Origin: Scyliorhinus canicula
Taxonomy: Eukaryota
Assembly (NCBI RefSeq): GCF_902713615.1
Contig: NC_052155.1
Coordinates: 123,777,031 to 123,841,030, forward strand
Length of the DNA: 64,000 nucleotides
Direction: 5' to 3'
Part shown: piece by piece, positions 39,982 through 51,797 of the stretch
Layout: every line of letters begins with the position of its first letter
How positions within the stretch are numbered: the first letter of the stretch is position 1
The notes under the pieces: model-generated
Told to the model about the DNA's origin: nothing
The model's input: the letters and a program-made list of their open reading frames with translations, nothing else
Databases searched by the model: none
Position numbers and translations under genes: made by a program

Positions 39982-40954
39982 GAATCTGCGATTACATCCA
40001 AATCAACAGATGAGATGTACAGTGAATACAAAAGTGATCGAAATGAAATTTCCTATTGTTATCAACTGCTTCAGGAATTGAATGAACAGCGGCAGCAAGG
40101 CATTTTGTGTGATGTCAACATTGTGGTGAAGGGTCAGGTTTTCAAAGCCCACAAGAATATATTAGTTGCAGGCAGCCGTTACTTTAAGACTCTCTATTGC
40201 TATACTCCAAATGAGAGTTGCGACCAGGTCACAGTAACTCACCTCGATGTTGTTGCAGTTCAAGGTTTCACAGTCATTCTTGATTTCATGTATTCTGGAC
40301 ATCTGGTTTTAACTAGCCAAAATGTAATTGAGGTAATGTCTGTCGCAAGCTATCTACAAATGACAGACATTGTTCAGGCGTGCCGTAGTTTCATAAAGGA
40401 TGCTCTAAACATCAGTACAAAATCCACTGCGGCAGAGAAAATAATTATGCAGTATGAGAAGGTAAAAGCCTCCAACCGGTCCCAAAGAGACAACACCATA
40501 GCTATGTTGAAACATGAGCCCAGCAGTCCTTGGATAGTCAAATCTACAAATGCATTGACTAACTGTGCTGAAGGAGGACTGCATGATGAAAGAGCAAGGT
40601 ATGAAATGGAGGGCTACAGTTTAGATATGGGTTCAGCAATGGACCAAAATGAGAGCTACCAGATTAATGATTCTGCCTGGAATCAAGATAACTTTTTGGA
40701 TTATGGTGGAAAAGATCTGCAAATGGGGCTACCTCAAGATCAGAGTCCTGCTTTTTCATGGGGAAATTTGGGAAAACTAATGCTTCATCAGACAGTCCCT
40801 CGAAGCGGACGAAGGAAAAACCACATAACCAGAAGAATTGTGTATGATGTTGCACCTAAAGTTGAAGAGGGAGTTGGAGATAACTTAATGATGCAGCCAC
40901 CTATGGCATTCTCTGAGGATGGATTACAGGAAATTCCTGTAGACTCATTTACAG
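39982..40954 (+). CDS. ZBTB10: ZBTB10 internal coding exon encoding the BTB/POZ domain and following linker (phase 0 acceptor, phase 1 donor)
   Basis: ORF 39961-41010 contains LNEQRQQGILCDVNIVVKGQVFKAHKNILVAGSRYFKTLYC...AVQGFTVILDFMYSGHLVLTSQNVIEVMSVASYLQM...FIKDALNIS. ILVAGSR, FIKDALNIS, YQINDSAW, RRKNHITRRIVY and MQPPMAF match my recollection of ZBTB10 rather than the paralog ZBTB46. Acceptor tttatttccag ends 39981; donor ACAG/gtactg starts 40955. Confidence 0.92.
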
Positions 40955-41439
40955 GTACTGTATGCATATGTCAGTCAAGAAGTGTAAGCAAAGCATGCAA
41001 CATGTGTTAAAGTGCATTAATGTTATTTTTCCTGTATAAATTTTCTCCCTCGTCCTAAAGTCAGGAATTTATGGAATAATACAATTGCCAGGAGGCACAT
41101 TTTGCACACAGCCACAAAACATATGCAGTAAATTACATAATCTCAGCCACTCTTCCCTTCCCCCCCCCCCAACACCAAGGAAATAGGCCACTTGTCAGTG
41201 CCAATCATGCATTCAAGCAAATAGGCGTAATCGGCTCATATCCACTTTTCTTAAATTGTAATCTTGAACATATGCAGTTGCTGCCTCGCTCACAAATCCC
41301 GGAGCGAATTCCACAGCCTCTTCTACTGGAAATAGCCTGTTTCTATTCACCCCATTCTGTCCATACAAAATTTTAAACACTTGTTTAAACCATCCTATAA
41401 TGTGTCATTTGTGTTTTCCTAATAAAATTGAAGTCTGTG

Positions 41440-41962
41440 GGAATTGGGGAGTCATACCTAGCATAAAAGTAGTGGTTTTTGGAGGCCATCACCTCAGTCC
41501 CAGAGTACTCTGCCTTGCCTGGACGGGTGCAGCTTCAACAACACTCAAAATGCTCAACACCACCCAGGACAAAGCCCATTTGATTAGCACCCCACCCACC
41601 ACCGATACAGTGTCAGATTTGTATATCATACATTAGGTGCACTGCAGCAAGTTGCTGAGCTTCCTTTGATAGTACCTTCCAAACCGGTTACCTAAACCAT
41701 CTAGAAGGATGAGGGCAGCAGACGCATAAAACACCAGCTGGAAGCACCCCTCCAATCCACACCCCACCATGATTTGGGATTATGTTGCTATGCCGTCACT
41801 TGCTGGATCAGAATCCTGGAACTTCCTCATGGGGCTGTGGGTGAATCTGCAACAGATGGACTGCAGTGGTTCAAGAAGGTGACTCATCACTCATCACCAC
41901 CTTCTTAAGGACAGGCAACAAATGCTGGCCTAGCAAGTGAACCCCTCATCCCATAAAAATAA
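41440..41962 (+). mobile_element. CR1-clade family B 3' end
   Basis: LAWTGAASTTLKMLNTTQDKA; tail gcagtggttcaagaaggtgactcatcac. Confidence 0.8.
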
Positions 41963-42609
41963 CACAGCCCCTATTTTTTAATAATCCTGTTCCAGTGTGG
42001 AGCCCTATATTGCACCCAGACTCTCAAACCAAGCTCTTAATTGGATTTTGTCTAATCTTTTATTGTCTTACTCCATAATTTATGCGCAGGCCCATCTGTC
42101 ATCCACAACTGGACCCAACCCCTGCAGGTTTGAACTGGCCTGCTCTCCACCACTACCGTTTTCTCCCCCCTCGCAATCCTTGCCTTGGGCACTGACCTTC
42201 TCCCTGGCCTGTCATTTTTAATCGGGCATTTAAACGTACCTGCTGGGGCGTGTCCTCCTTCCATTTGCCTCCTGCACTTGAGGGTCTCGGACTGCTGTGT
42301 TTCTGGAACTCAGCCGGCCCGAGTCGGAAGTCAGGCAAGACCGGCAGGGAGGAAATTTGGTGTAGATAAATGGGCACGGAGTGTCATTCTGATGGTGATT
42401 CCAAGGAAGTTCTAGGTTATCTGTTGTTTTTCTCTTTCCGACTCCTAGTATGTACCTAGTATGTCTTCCTGTCTAACGAACATAGCTAAAATCTTTTCAT
42501 ATTTCTCTCCCAAGTCTCCGTCACTTCATGTCTGATATCCTTCTCTTTCAGTGAAGAACAGTGAAAAGTACCATCTCTACCACTTTTTGCTCATGGGTTT
42601 TAATGATGT

Positions 42610-42888
42610 TGGAAGATAGGTGTTGGCCAGAGCACTTAGGATAACTTCCCCGCTTTTCTTAGAAGTGGTGCCATGGGAGATCTTTTGAGCCCGTCTGAGT
42701 GAGTGGACAGAGTCTCGATTTGGCATCTAATCCCAAACGGTGGTAGCTCCAACCATGTAGCACTCTCTCTGTGCTGCACTGATCTTTGCCTAGATCTGCC
42801 TAGATCTTTGTCTTTGCGTCTTTGGAGTGGGAATTTGATCTCTTTAGCCTTCTGAGTCAGAAGCAAGAGTGGAACCTAGTGAGCCATG
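42610..42888 (-). mobile_element. Ancient DeuSINE/SacSINE1-like SINE
   Basis: tRNA-like head at the right end and central block gtgccatgggagatctttt...gcactctctctgtgctgcactg, typical of the Deu domain (from recall). Confidence 0.6.
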
Positions 42889-43844
42889 GAACGTGTGTAC
42901 GCATGCACTTTGACACCCAAACCTCTGTCAAATTAGTTGAAACCCTCCACTGCAACACTATCTAATCTGCCAACAAGGATGTTGGTTCCCAACTCTTGAG
43001 ATGAAATGCATCCATCTTGACTTTGACAAGCCCACACAAACAACAATCCTCTTCTCCGTTCAGGCCATATTCTTCAGATTGTTTTAAAAACCGATAAACG
43101 CTCCACTGTGCCTGTGGTATTATTTGAATTTTTTTACTCAAACTGTCTTAGATTTCTGTATCCTACTCTTAACCTCTTTTTTTTTTTAGATCCTTAAATT
43201 CTCCTTTAGTTTTTGATTGCTGTTATTATTGTAGTTTTCATTGATTGATTTGAATTGGTTTCTAATTTTCAAGCCATTTTCAAACTGCTAAGTTTCCTTT
43301 TTTATTGGAATATATTTATTTTGAATCTTTATGATCTATATTTTTTTTAAAAATCACTCCACTTGGTGCTGTCGAATACTTTGTGATAATGTTTCCTTCC
43401 ACTTCCACTCAGCAAGCTTGCTCCTTGCCTTTCATTACCTCGTGCAATTCACCATTCTTTATGGAGTGAGTGTTCTAGTTGCAATAATGTTCATTTCAAC
43501 AAAGACCTCTAGAAATAAATTTATTTTCAACCACAAATTGAGGGTATGCTCTCGCCAGTTGCAGTGACTGGCCAGGGATCATGCCTGGGGTCCTCCTGAT
43601 CCAAATGGCTCATGCCCTTACTTAGGTGGCGTGTCTTTTCAAGGAACTACAATGAAAGCCCATTGCTTGTTTGATTTCAAAAACATATCACAAGCTCTCC
43701 ATCAATTTGTCTGCCCCCCAACCAAGCACAAAAATGGAGGATTTTAAAAATTAGGTAAGGGCATTAAGGGATTTGAGCCAAAGCTGAGTGAAATTAAAAT
43801 ACACAGCAGTTGGCTAACTGAATGGCGGAGCAAGCTTGAGATAT

Positions 43845-44026
43845 TGAAAATGAAATGAAAATCTCTTATTGTCACGAGTAGGTTTCAAATTAAGTTACTG
43901 TGAACAGCCCCTAGTCGCCACATTCTGGCGCCTGTTCGGGGAGGCTGTTACGGAAATTGAACCGTGCTGCTGGCCTGCTTGGTCTGCTTTCAAAGCCAGC
44001 GATTTAGCCCTGTGCTAAACAGCCCC
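43845..44026 (-). mobile_element. SINE family 2
   Basis: Full copy; TSD tattgaa (43842-43848 / 44027-44033) inside a CR1 tail. Confidence 0.9.
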
Positions 44027-44119
44027 TATTGAATGGCCTACTCCTGTTCCTGTGTTCCTAAACATCTGGGGAGCCATTCAAATTAAATCGACTTACAGAA
44101 GCTTTGAGGCACTGACCAA

Positions 44120-45535
44120 AATTAATGCAAGCAAAGTAACAGTAATTAAGAAAATAATGGCACTAAAGAATGATAAATCCCCAAGTTTAGATGGTTTCCA
44201 CCCCGGGATACCCCAATAATAATCTTCTAAAGTTATGATCCCTTCCTTTAGATTGGAAAATTGTGCATGTCACTCTGCTACTTGGGAAAGATGAGAGGGG
44301 GAATTATTGACTGGCACCTGTTGTCAGGAAATTACTAGAGTTCATCATTAAAGATAGATTGAACATCTTAAATTTTCAACTGGTCAGAGAGCCAGCATAA
44401 ATAATAAGGGGTAAGCGATAACACACTAGAATTCCCACAGTGCTTGAGGGGGCAATCTGGAGTCTGCACAGACCCTCTGAAAGAGTCCCCCAGGCCTATT
44501 CCCCTCTCTTTTAAAGAACGGTTGATAAATAATGCAAATAATACTTGCAGGAATTAATTTAATGTCAACATTTGCCACAAATTATCTTGAAATAATATGG
44601 AAAGCAAAAGCTGGAGAAAGAAATTTGTAACATCTGCCAATATTATTTATATGGACTTTCCATAACGCTTTTGATGAAACTCCTCGAGATTATTAGCTAA
44701 ATTTAGAACCCATGGAATTGAAGGAAAATTGTTGACCTAGTTAGGACATTGACTTGAGTCTCAGAAATCAGCATAGGGATATAGAATTTACAGTTCAGAA
44801 GGAGGTCATTCGGCCTATCGAGTCTGCACTGGCGCTTGGCAAGAGCACCCTACTTAAGCCCACACCTCCACCCTATCCCCGTAACCCAGCAACCCCACCT
44901 TACCTAAGGGCAATTTCCCATGGCCAATCCACCTAACCCGCACATCTTTGGACTGTGGGAGGAAACCCACGCAGACGCGGGGAGAACGTGCAGACTCCGC
45001 ACAGACAGTGAACCAAGCCAGGAACCGAACCAGAGACCCTGGAGCTGTGAAGCAACTATGCTAACCGTGCTACTGTGCCTGGCCAGTATTCTAATTTAAT
45101 CTGTTTTGGGGCCTCAGCTATTTGCTGTATTTATAATTTTGATGATGGAATAGAAAACCACATGTCCATCCAAGTTTACAGATGACTGAAAGATGGGTGG
45201 CCTTGTGAAAAGTGTAGACGGAAACATAAAGCAATGAAGAGAATAAATGAGTGAACAAAACTGTCTAATGGATTTCAGTTTGGGCAAGTGTGAGATCATC
45301 CAATTTGACCCGTAACAGAATAGACCAAAGTACTTTCTAAATGGTATAGGTTAGACACAATGGAAATCTAAAGACATTCGGAGTATCCAAATTATTAAAG
45401 TATCAGGCAAAGGTACAAAAAATAATCAAAAAAGGCTAATGAAATATTGGCCTTTATACCTTGGGGCAAGGGGGTAGAAGGGGTCCCAGCTAAAGAAAAG
45501 CTCCAGCTAGAAGAGTACTGTCAGCAGATCTAAGT
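44120..45535 (+). mobile_element. Degenerate CR1 RT region with nested V-SINE (44780-45080, -)
   Basis: tatatggactttc, gcctcagctatt, aagtttacagatgac motifs. Confidence 0.7.
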
Positions 45536-47173
45536 ACCCACATCAGAATCTGTTCAGATGAAAAGTCATGGACTTGAAAGGTAAACTCTCATGGTCTGTG
45601 TATTTCCAACATTTGTTTTGTTCATATTTTAGATTTCAGGCATCCATAGTATTTTGCCTTTGTGTATTTGAAGTTACGTCACAATTGAGTCATGAATGAA
45701 CAGGCTCAAGAGGCTTTATTACCTAATCCTGTTCCTATTTTACTGTATGTATTCTTCCACAAATAACACTGGCTCTGATGTGATTAGATATTTCTAAGAA
45801 TAAGATGGATATTAGCCAGACATCTTGATTGCTTTTGGGATTCATGTTTTGACAACAGGCACAGGAGTAATTTGCTGTTTGAAGCATTCCGCTTTTGCAT
45901 ACAAGCCCTGCTGAGTTTATCTAGTTATCTTGTGGATGTGAAAGTTTTGACAACATTAAAAGAAGCCTTCAAAAAGTGATGGGAAGCCGAAAGCTTATTC
46001 TAGTTGTAATTTTCAGCATCCCACCCTTTCAATGCTCCATCCTCAAAAATGTTTATTAAAAGCTAGTAATGTTGTTTCTGTGCGAACTGGCTTTACTTGT
46101 ACTCCAGAATGTCAGGCAGATGTCAGTTCACCAAATTTCCCCTAAATTTGAGACCATGTGTTTTCTGAGTCCACTAAGAGCTCCATCTATTGATTTGATA
46201 ACTTCTGAACCAGACTTGCCTTTTTTTCTAGCTTTTGCTTTCCAAGTATTTTTCTATCATCCATGCTCCACAAATGAAAATTCCTCCTTCCCTGTTCTCT
46301 TTTGGACTTGGTACAACTTGAACTTTCCAATACAAAATCGAAGAGTTTTTGTGTAATGTTAATTGCAAGTTAAGATGATTTCCCTGTCATGATACTCTGT
46401 TAAAAAACAAAAAAAACCAAACAAACAAACATTATTCAATTGTGTTTTCCCTTCCCTGGCTTCAATTGTGTGTGGAGATTGAACTGCAGATGAGTTTGAT
46501 TAGGCCATACCTATTAAGTTAACTTAACACGCCTTCTCTTTGTAAACAATGCTGGTGTTCTTGACAAAGCATTTGTAATTGAAGAAAGATTGCTTTCCCT
46601 TCTTCTTTTCTCGAGGCCTCCTGAGTAAAATTTGCAGAACGAAGTAAAAGATTTGGGAGAAACGTCACCTAAGCTCAAAATTTCACATTAATTTACTTGA
46701 TCTAAAAGATCAATGCAATATTGTCCAACATCACTAAGTAAATTGCTTCAGGTAGCAAACTATACCCTACAGGTAATGTCAAAAGAAACCATCTGTATAT
46801 TGATTATAACGTGAACAGTTTGGTTCTGAGCTAGGAAGAGAGTAAAGGAAAAACTTAAAATTAGCTTCCAAACAGGTGTTATTAGGAACAGTTGGCTATG
46901 TACTCTTGAATTTTATTTCAACACCACCAATGTTGTCTATTAAGTAGCTGAAAATATGAATATGCTACTTGTATGATTTACCGTGGTATTGCAGTTACCG
47001 TGAGAGTAAAATGATGATTTTAATTATTTTCATACTGTTATCGAAATGTGCTTTGTAAAATACGTGTTAATTTATGAAATATAGGCATCATTTACACAAT
47101 CTTGTAATTTGTAACAAGAGATGGCACATAGTGGTCCGCTTCCACCAGCTATTTTAACTGGTGATTGATACAC

Positions 47174-47363
47174 GGGACTGGTTTAGCACAGGGCTAAATC
47201 ACTGGCTTTGAAAGCAGACCAAGGCAGGCCACGGTTCAATTCCCGTACCAGCCTCCCAAAAAGGCGCCGTAATGTGGTGACTAGGGGCTTTTCACAGGAA
47301 CTTCATTTGAAGCCTACTTATGATAATAAGCAATTTTTCATTTCATTTCATTTCATTTTTCAT
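47174..47363 (+). mobile_element. SINE family 2
   Basis: Full copy with (tttca)n tail. Confidence 0.9.
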
Positions 47364-47732
47364 GCATCTACATTGCAGGATAACTTCAAAATTGATGTAA
47401 GGGGAAGGAAGACTAAAGTTGAACAAGGATAAGGTGCTGATAATTATTTTACGTCCCTGGTTTAGATAAGGGAATAAATGTTGAGATTGCTGCTTCTGAT
47501 TGATGTCCAGTAGCATCTAAAAATATACACACCCTTGTATGTGGTGAGATGATGGGTTTGACTTCTGTTGTGATGTGTTCTACTTGTAAATAGCCTGTCA
47601 ATATTTATTGGGCTCTTGTGAATTTTGGCGAATGCCTGTGGAACATTACCCCATAATATAGTTGATGCTTTTGGGAGAGGGTAAATTAAGTAGCCTAAAA
47701 CAAAATGTTATTAATGAAACTTCTCTTTCCAG

Positions 47733-47801
47733 CTGGAACTTCAGATCAATTCAGATTTGGACTGCTCCAAGAAGCACAAAATAGAGAAACCTGGTTAAAT
47801 G
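47733..47801 (+). CDS. ZBTB10: ZBTB10 69-nt coding exon, (A)GTSDQFRFGLLQEAQNRETWLN(G), phase 1-1
   Basis: Not in the ORF track. Acceptor ttctctttccag (ends 47732) and consensus donor G/gtaagt (47802). Phase is compatible with the upstream donor. The peptide resembles the recalled mammalian [25 protein letters not shown] segment just before the zinc fingers. Confidence 0.88.
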
Positions 47802-48593
47802 GTAAGTATTTTTCCAAGCAAATCTTGGAAAATTAATGTTTAATCCAAAGAGATGAACATATACTATATACGGTTTGTATTTTTTTTAAAAAGTGAATTG
47901 AGTACATTTCCTGACAATAAATTAGTGCTTTACATCAGGTTTTCCCATTGTCGGATGCCCTACAAGCATTTCTAGTGGTAATTTTAATGTGAAATGTTAT
48001 GGCAAACTGAAGTTCTATTTTAAAGATGATAAAAAGTAAATTACCCACTTTCCAATTGATTTATCCATTGAATTAATTTGTGATTTAAAAAATATTTTAT
48101 TCTCTTCCTTTTTCACATTTTCTCCCAAATTTACACCCACCAACAATAAACAATAAGCAGTAATAAATACAATATCAATCCCTATATCAACAACAATAAT
48201 CCCATCCTCCCACCAAACTCCCAAACAGCAGTCCGCATGTTAACATAAACAAATGACAAAAAGGAATCAGGAATCGCTCAATCACCATTAACACATAACA
48301 GTCTCTCTTTCCCCCCCCCCCCCTAATGTTTGATGTAATCCAATTCTTGAAAGTACATAATGTATAACACGCATGAATTGTATAACCTCTCCATTATTCC
48401 CCTCAGTTCAAACTTAACCTTGTCAAGAGTCAGGAATTTCAACAGGTTCCCCCGCCATGCCAGAGCACAGGATGGAGAGGTTGATCTCCATCCCAACAGG
48501 GTCCACCTTCAGGCGATCAACGAGGCGAAGGCTACAACACCTGTCTCTGCACCCGTTTCCAACCCCGGCAGTTCCGACACCCTGAATACAAAT

Positions 48594-48784
48594 GGGGCTG
48601 GTTTAGCACAGGGCTAAATCGCTGACTTTGAAAACAGACCAAGGCAGGTCAGTAGCACGGTTCAATTCCCATACCAGCCTCCCCGAACAGGCACCGGAAT
48701 GTGGTGACAAGGGGCTTTTCACATTAACTTCATTTGAAGCCTACTTGTGACAATAAGCGATTTTAATTTTTCATTTCATTTCAT
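48594..48784 (+). mobile_element. SINE family 2 nested in L1
   Basis: Full copy. Confidence 0.9.
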
Positions 48785-49077
48785 ACAGCCTCCCGAGGGC
48801 CTGGGTCCAGTTTCACGTGCACCACTAGAGATTACCCTAAAAACATCCTTCCAGTAATCCTCCAGCTTTGGACAGGACCAAAACACATTACATGGTTTGC
48901 GGGGGCCCCCTGCAACGTTCACACACATCTTCTACCCCCTCAAAGAGCTGACTTATCTTCCCCCTTGTGAGGTGTGTTCTTTATGCCACCTTCAGTTGTA
49001 TCAGCCCCAACCTCGCACACAAGGTGGAGGAGTTCACTCTCCGGAGCACCTCACACCAGAACTCCTCCTTCATACCC

Positions 49078-49269
49078 TGAATGAAAAAATGAAATGAAAA
49101 TCGCTTATTGTCACAAGTAGGCTTCAGATGAAGTTACTGTGAAACGCCCCTAGTCGCCACGTTCCGGCGCCTGTTCGGGAAGGCTGGTACGGGAATTGAA
49201 TCGTGCTGCTGGCCTGCCTTGGTCTGCTTTAAAAGCCAGCGATTTAGCCCAGTGTGCTAAACCAGCCCC
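49078..49269 (-). mobile_element. SINE family 2 nested in L1
   Basis: Full copy, inverted relative to 48594-48784. Confidence 0.9.
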
Positions 49270-50026
49270 TCTCCCAACTCTTCCTCCCACTTTGCCTTGA
49301 TCCTTTCCAACGGTGCCTTCTCTTCCAAAATAGCCCCATAAACCGCCGACACTACCCCCTTCTCCAGTCTCCCTGTCGTCTGCACCTCCTCCAGCAATGT
49401 GGAGGCCGGCTCCACCGGGAAGCTCTGTATCTCCTTCCTGGTAAAATCTTGAACCTGCATGTATCTAAACAATTCCCCCTGCTCCAGCCCATACTTCGCT
49501 TCCAGCTCCTTCAATCCTGCAAACCGACCCCCAAGAAATAAATCTTTTAATGTCTTAATCCCTTCTCCTCCCATCTCTGAAAATTTAGATCCCTCTTTCC
49601 TGACTCAAATCTGTGGTTCCCCTGTAACGGCATTTCCCTTGACCCTGCCGCCGCACCCCACCTCCCCTTATTACCGGATCCCATGGCCATCGGGAGCAGC
49701 GCTGTTGCTAGCGCCTTCAATCCTGACCCCCTGTACAAACTCTCCTCCATTCTGACCCACTGGGAATCAACCCCTCTGACCCAGCTCTGCACCTTCTCCA
49801 CATTCGCTGCCCAATAATAATACATCAGATTCAGAAAACCCAAACCCCTGCCTGCCTTCCCCTCTGTAGCAGCACCTTTCTAACTCTGGCCACCTTCCCT
49901 CCCCATATAGAACATAGAACAGTACAGCACAGAACAGGCCCTTCGGCCCTCAATGCTGTGCCGAGCCATGATCACCCTACTCAAACCCACGTATCCACCC
50001 TATACCCGTAACCCAACAACCCCCCC

Positions 50027-50069
<43 letters not shown>

Positions 50070-51452
50070 CCCTATGGAATGGCAGCTTTCCTACCCCTGG
50101 CCGAGACACCACAAAATACTCACTCTTGTCTCGATTTAATTTGTACCCCAAGAAAGACCCAAACATCCAAAGCACTTCCCAATTTATCCCTATTGACACC
50201 CGGTCAAACACTTTCTCAGCGTCTCATGTCACAACCACCTCAATTTCCTTCCCCTCTGCCGGTGCCATAACCACGCTCAATACCCTCCTAACTTTTGAAA
50301 AGAGCTGCCTCCCTCTCACAAACCCCATCTGATCTTCACCTATCACCTTTGGGAGGCACTCCTCCAGCCTACCTGCCAGTACCTTCGCCAATACCTTTTG
50401 CATCCACGTTTAAAAATAATATGGGCCTATACGTATAACAAGTCATCGGCACACAACGGCACCCCGTGCTCCACCATGCACTATTGCTTTCCATATCCAA
50501 TAACCACTTAACACGATGGCCAACGGCTCAATCGCGAGTGCAAACAACACTGGGGACATGGGACATCCCTGCCTAGTCCCATGATGGAGAGAAAAGTATC
50601 CCGAGCTGATGCTATTTGTGCGGAAACTCGACCTCTGTTCCTTATACAGTCCTTCCCTGTCCACAAATTGTGGTCCAATCCCAAACCTCTTCAGAACTGC
50701 CATTAGGTACCCCCATTCTACCCGGTCAAACAGTTTCTCGGTGTCTCATGCCACAACCACTTCAATTTCCTTCCCCTCCGTCGGTGCCATAACCACATTC
50801 AATACCCTCCTAACGTTTGAAAAGAGCTGCCTCCCTTTCACAAACCCCATCTGATCTTCACCTATCACCTTTGGGAGGCACTCCTCCAGCCTACCTGCCA
50901 GTACCTTCGCCAATACCGTTTGCATCCACGTTTAAAAGTAATATGGGCCTATATGACCCACACTCTGTCGGATCCTTATCTTTTTTAAGCAACAGGGAAC
51001 TCTATGCCTGGCCAACATTTGTGGTAACACCCCGTTCTCTATCGTCTCCTCAAATATCCCCACTAGCAGCGGTGCCAGCTTATCCTTGAATTTTTGTTAA
51101 TATTCCACCGGAAACCCATCCGGCCCTGCCACCTTCCCGACTGCATCCTCCCAATCGCATCTTTTATCTCGTGCTCCACTATCGCTCCTTCTAATGTAGC
51201 CCTCTCCCCTAACCTCGGGTACTCCAACCCATCTAGAAATTCCTGCATCTCCCGGGTGGCTCTGACCTGTACAACCTCCCATAGAATTCCTTAAAGGCCT
51301 TGTTAATCTGATCCGGAGCCACCACCAACTTCCGTACCCTGTCCCACACCTGAACAATTTCCCTTACTGCCGTCTCCCTCCGAAGCTGACCCGTTAACAT
51401 ACGCCCTGCCCTCTGTCCATTCTCGTAAACTGCACCCCTTGCTCGCCAACCA

Positions 51453-51797
51453 GGGGCAGCACGGTAGCATGGTGGTTAGCATAAATGCTTCACAGCTCCA
51501 GGGTCCCAGGTTCGATTCCCGGCTGGGTCACTGTCTGTGTGGAGTCTGCACGTCCTCCCCGTGTGTGCGTTGGTTTTCTCCGGGTGCGCCGGTTTCCTTC
51601 CACAGTCCAAAGATGTGCGGGTTAGGTGGATTGGCCATGCTAAATTGCCCGTAGTGTCCTAAAAAAAAGTAAGGTTAAGGGGGGGTTGTTGGGTTACGGG
51701 TATAGGGTGGATACGTGGGTTTGAGTAGGGTGATCATTGCTCGGCACAGCATTGAGGGCCGAAGGGCCTGTTCTGTGCTGTACTGTTCTATGTTCTA
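51453..51797 (+). mobile_element. Young full-length V-SINE nested in L1
   Basis: CpG-retaining copy with tail ctgtactgttctatgttcta; near-identical inverted tail at 49906-50025. Confidence 0.92.

Noticed and set aside
39961-41010. ORF as a complete single-exon gene, or as ZBTB46
   Set aside because: The start codon (TTG) and the last 18 codons are intronic, with splice sites at 39981 and 40955. Diagnostic residues (ILVAGSR, FIKDALNIS) and the downstream exon fit ZBTB10 better.
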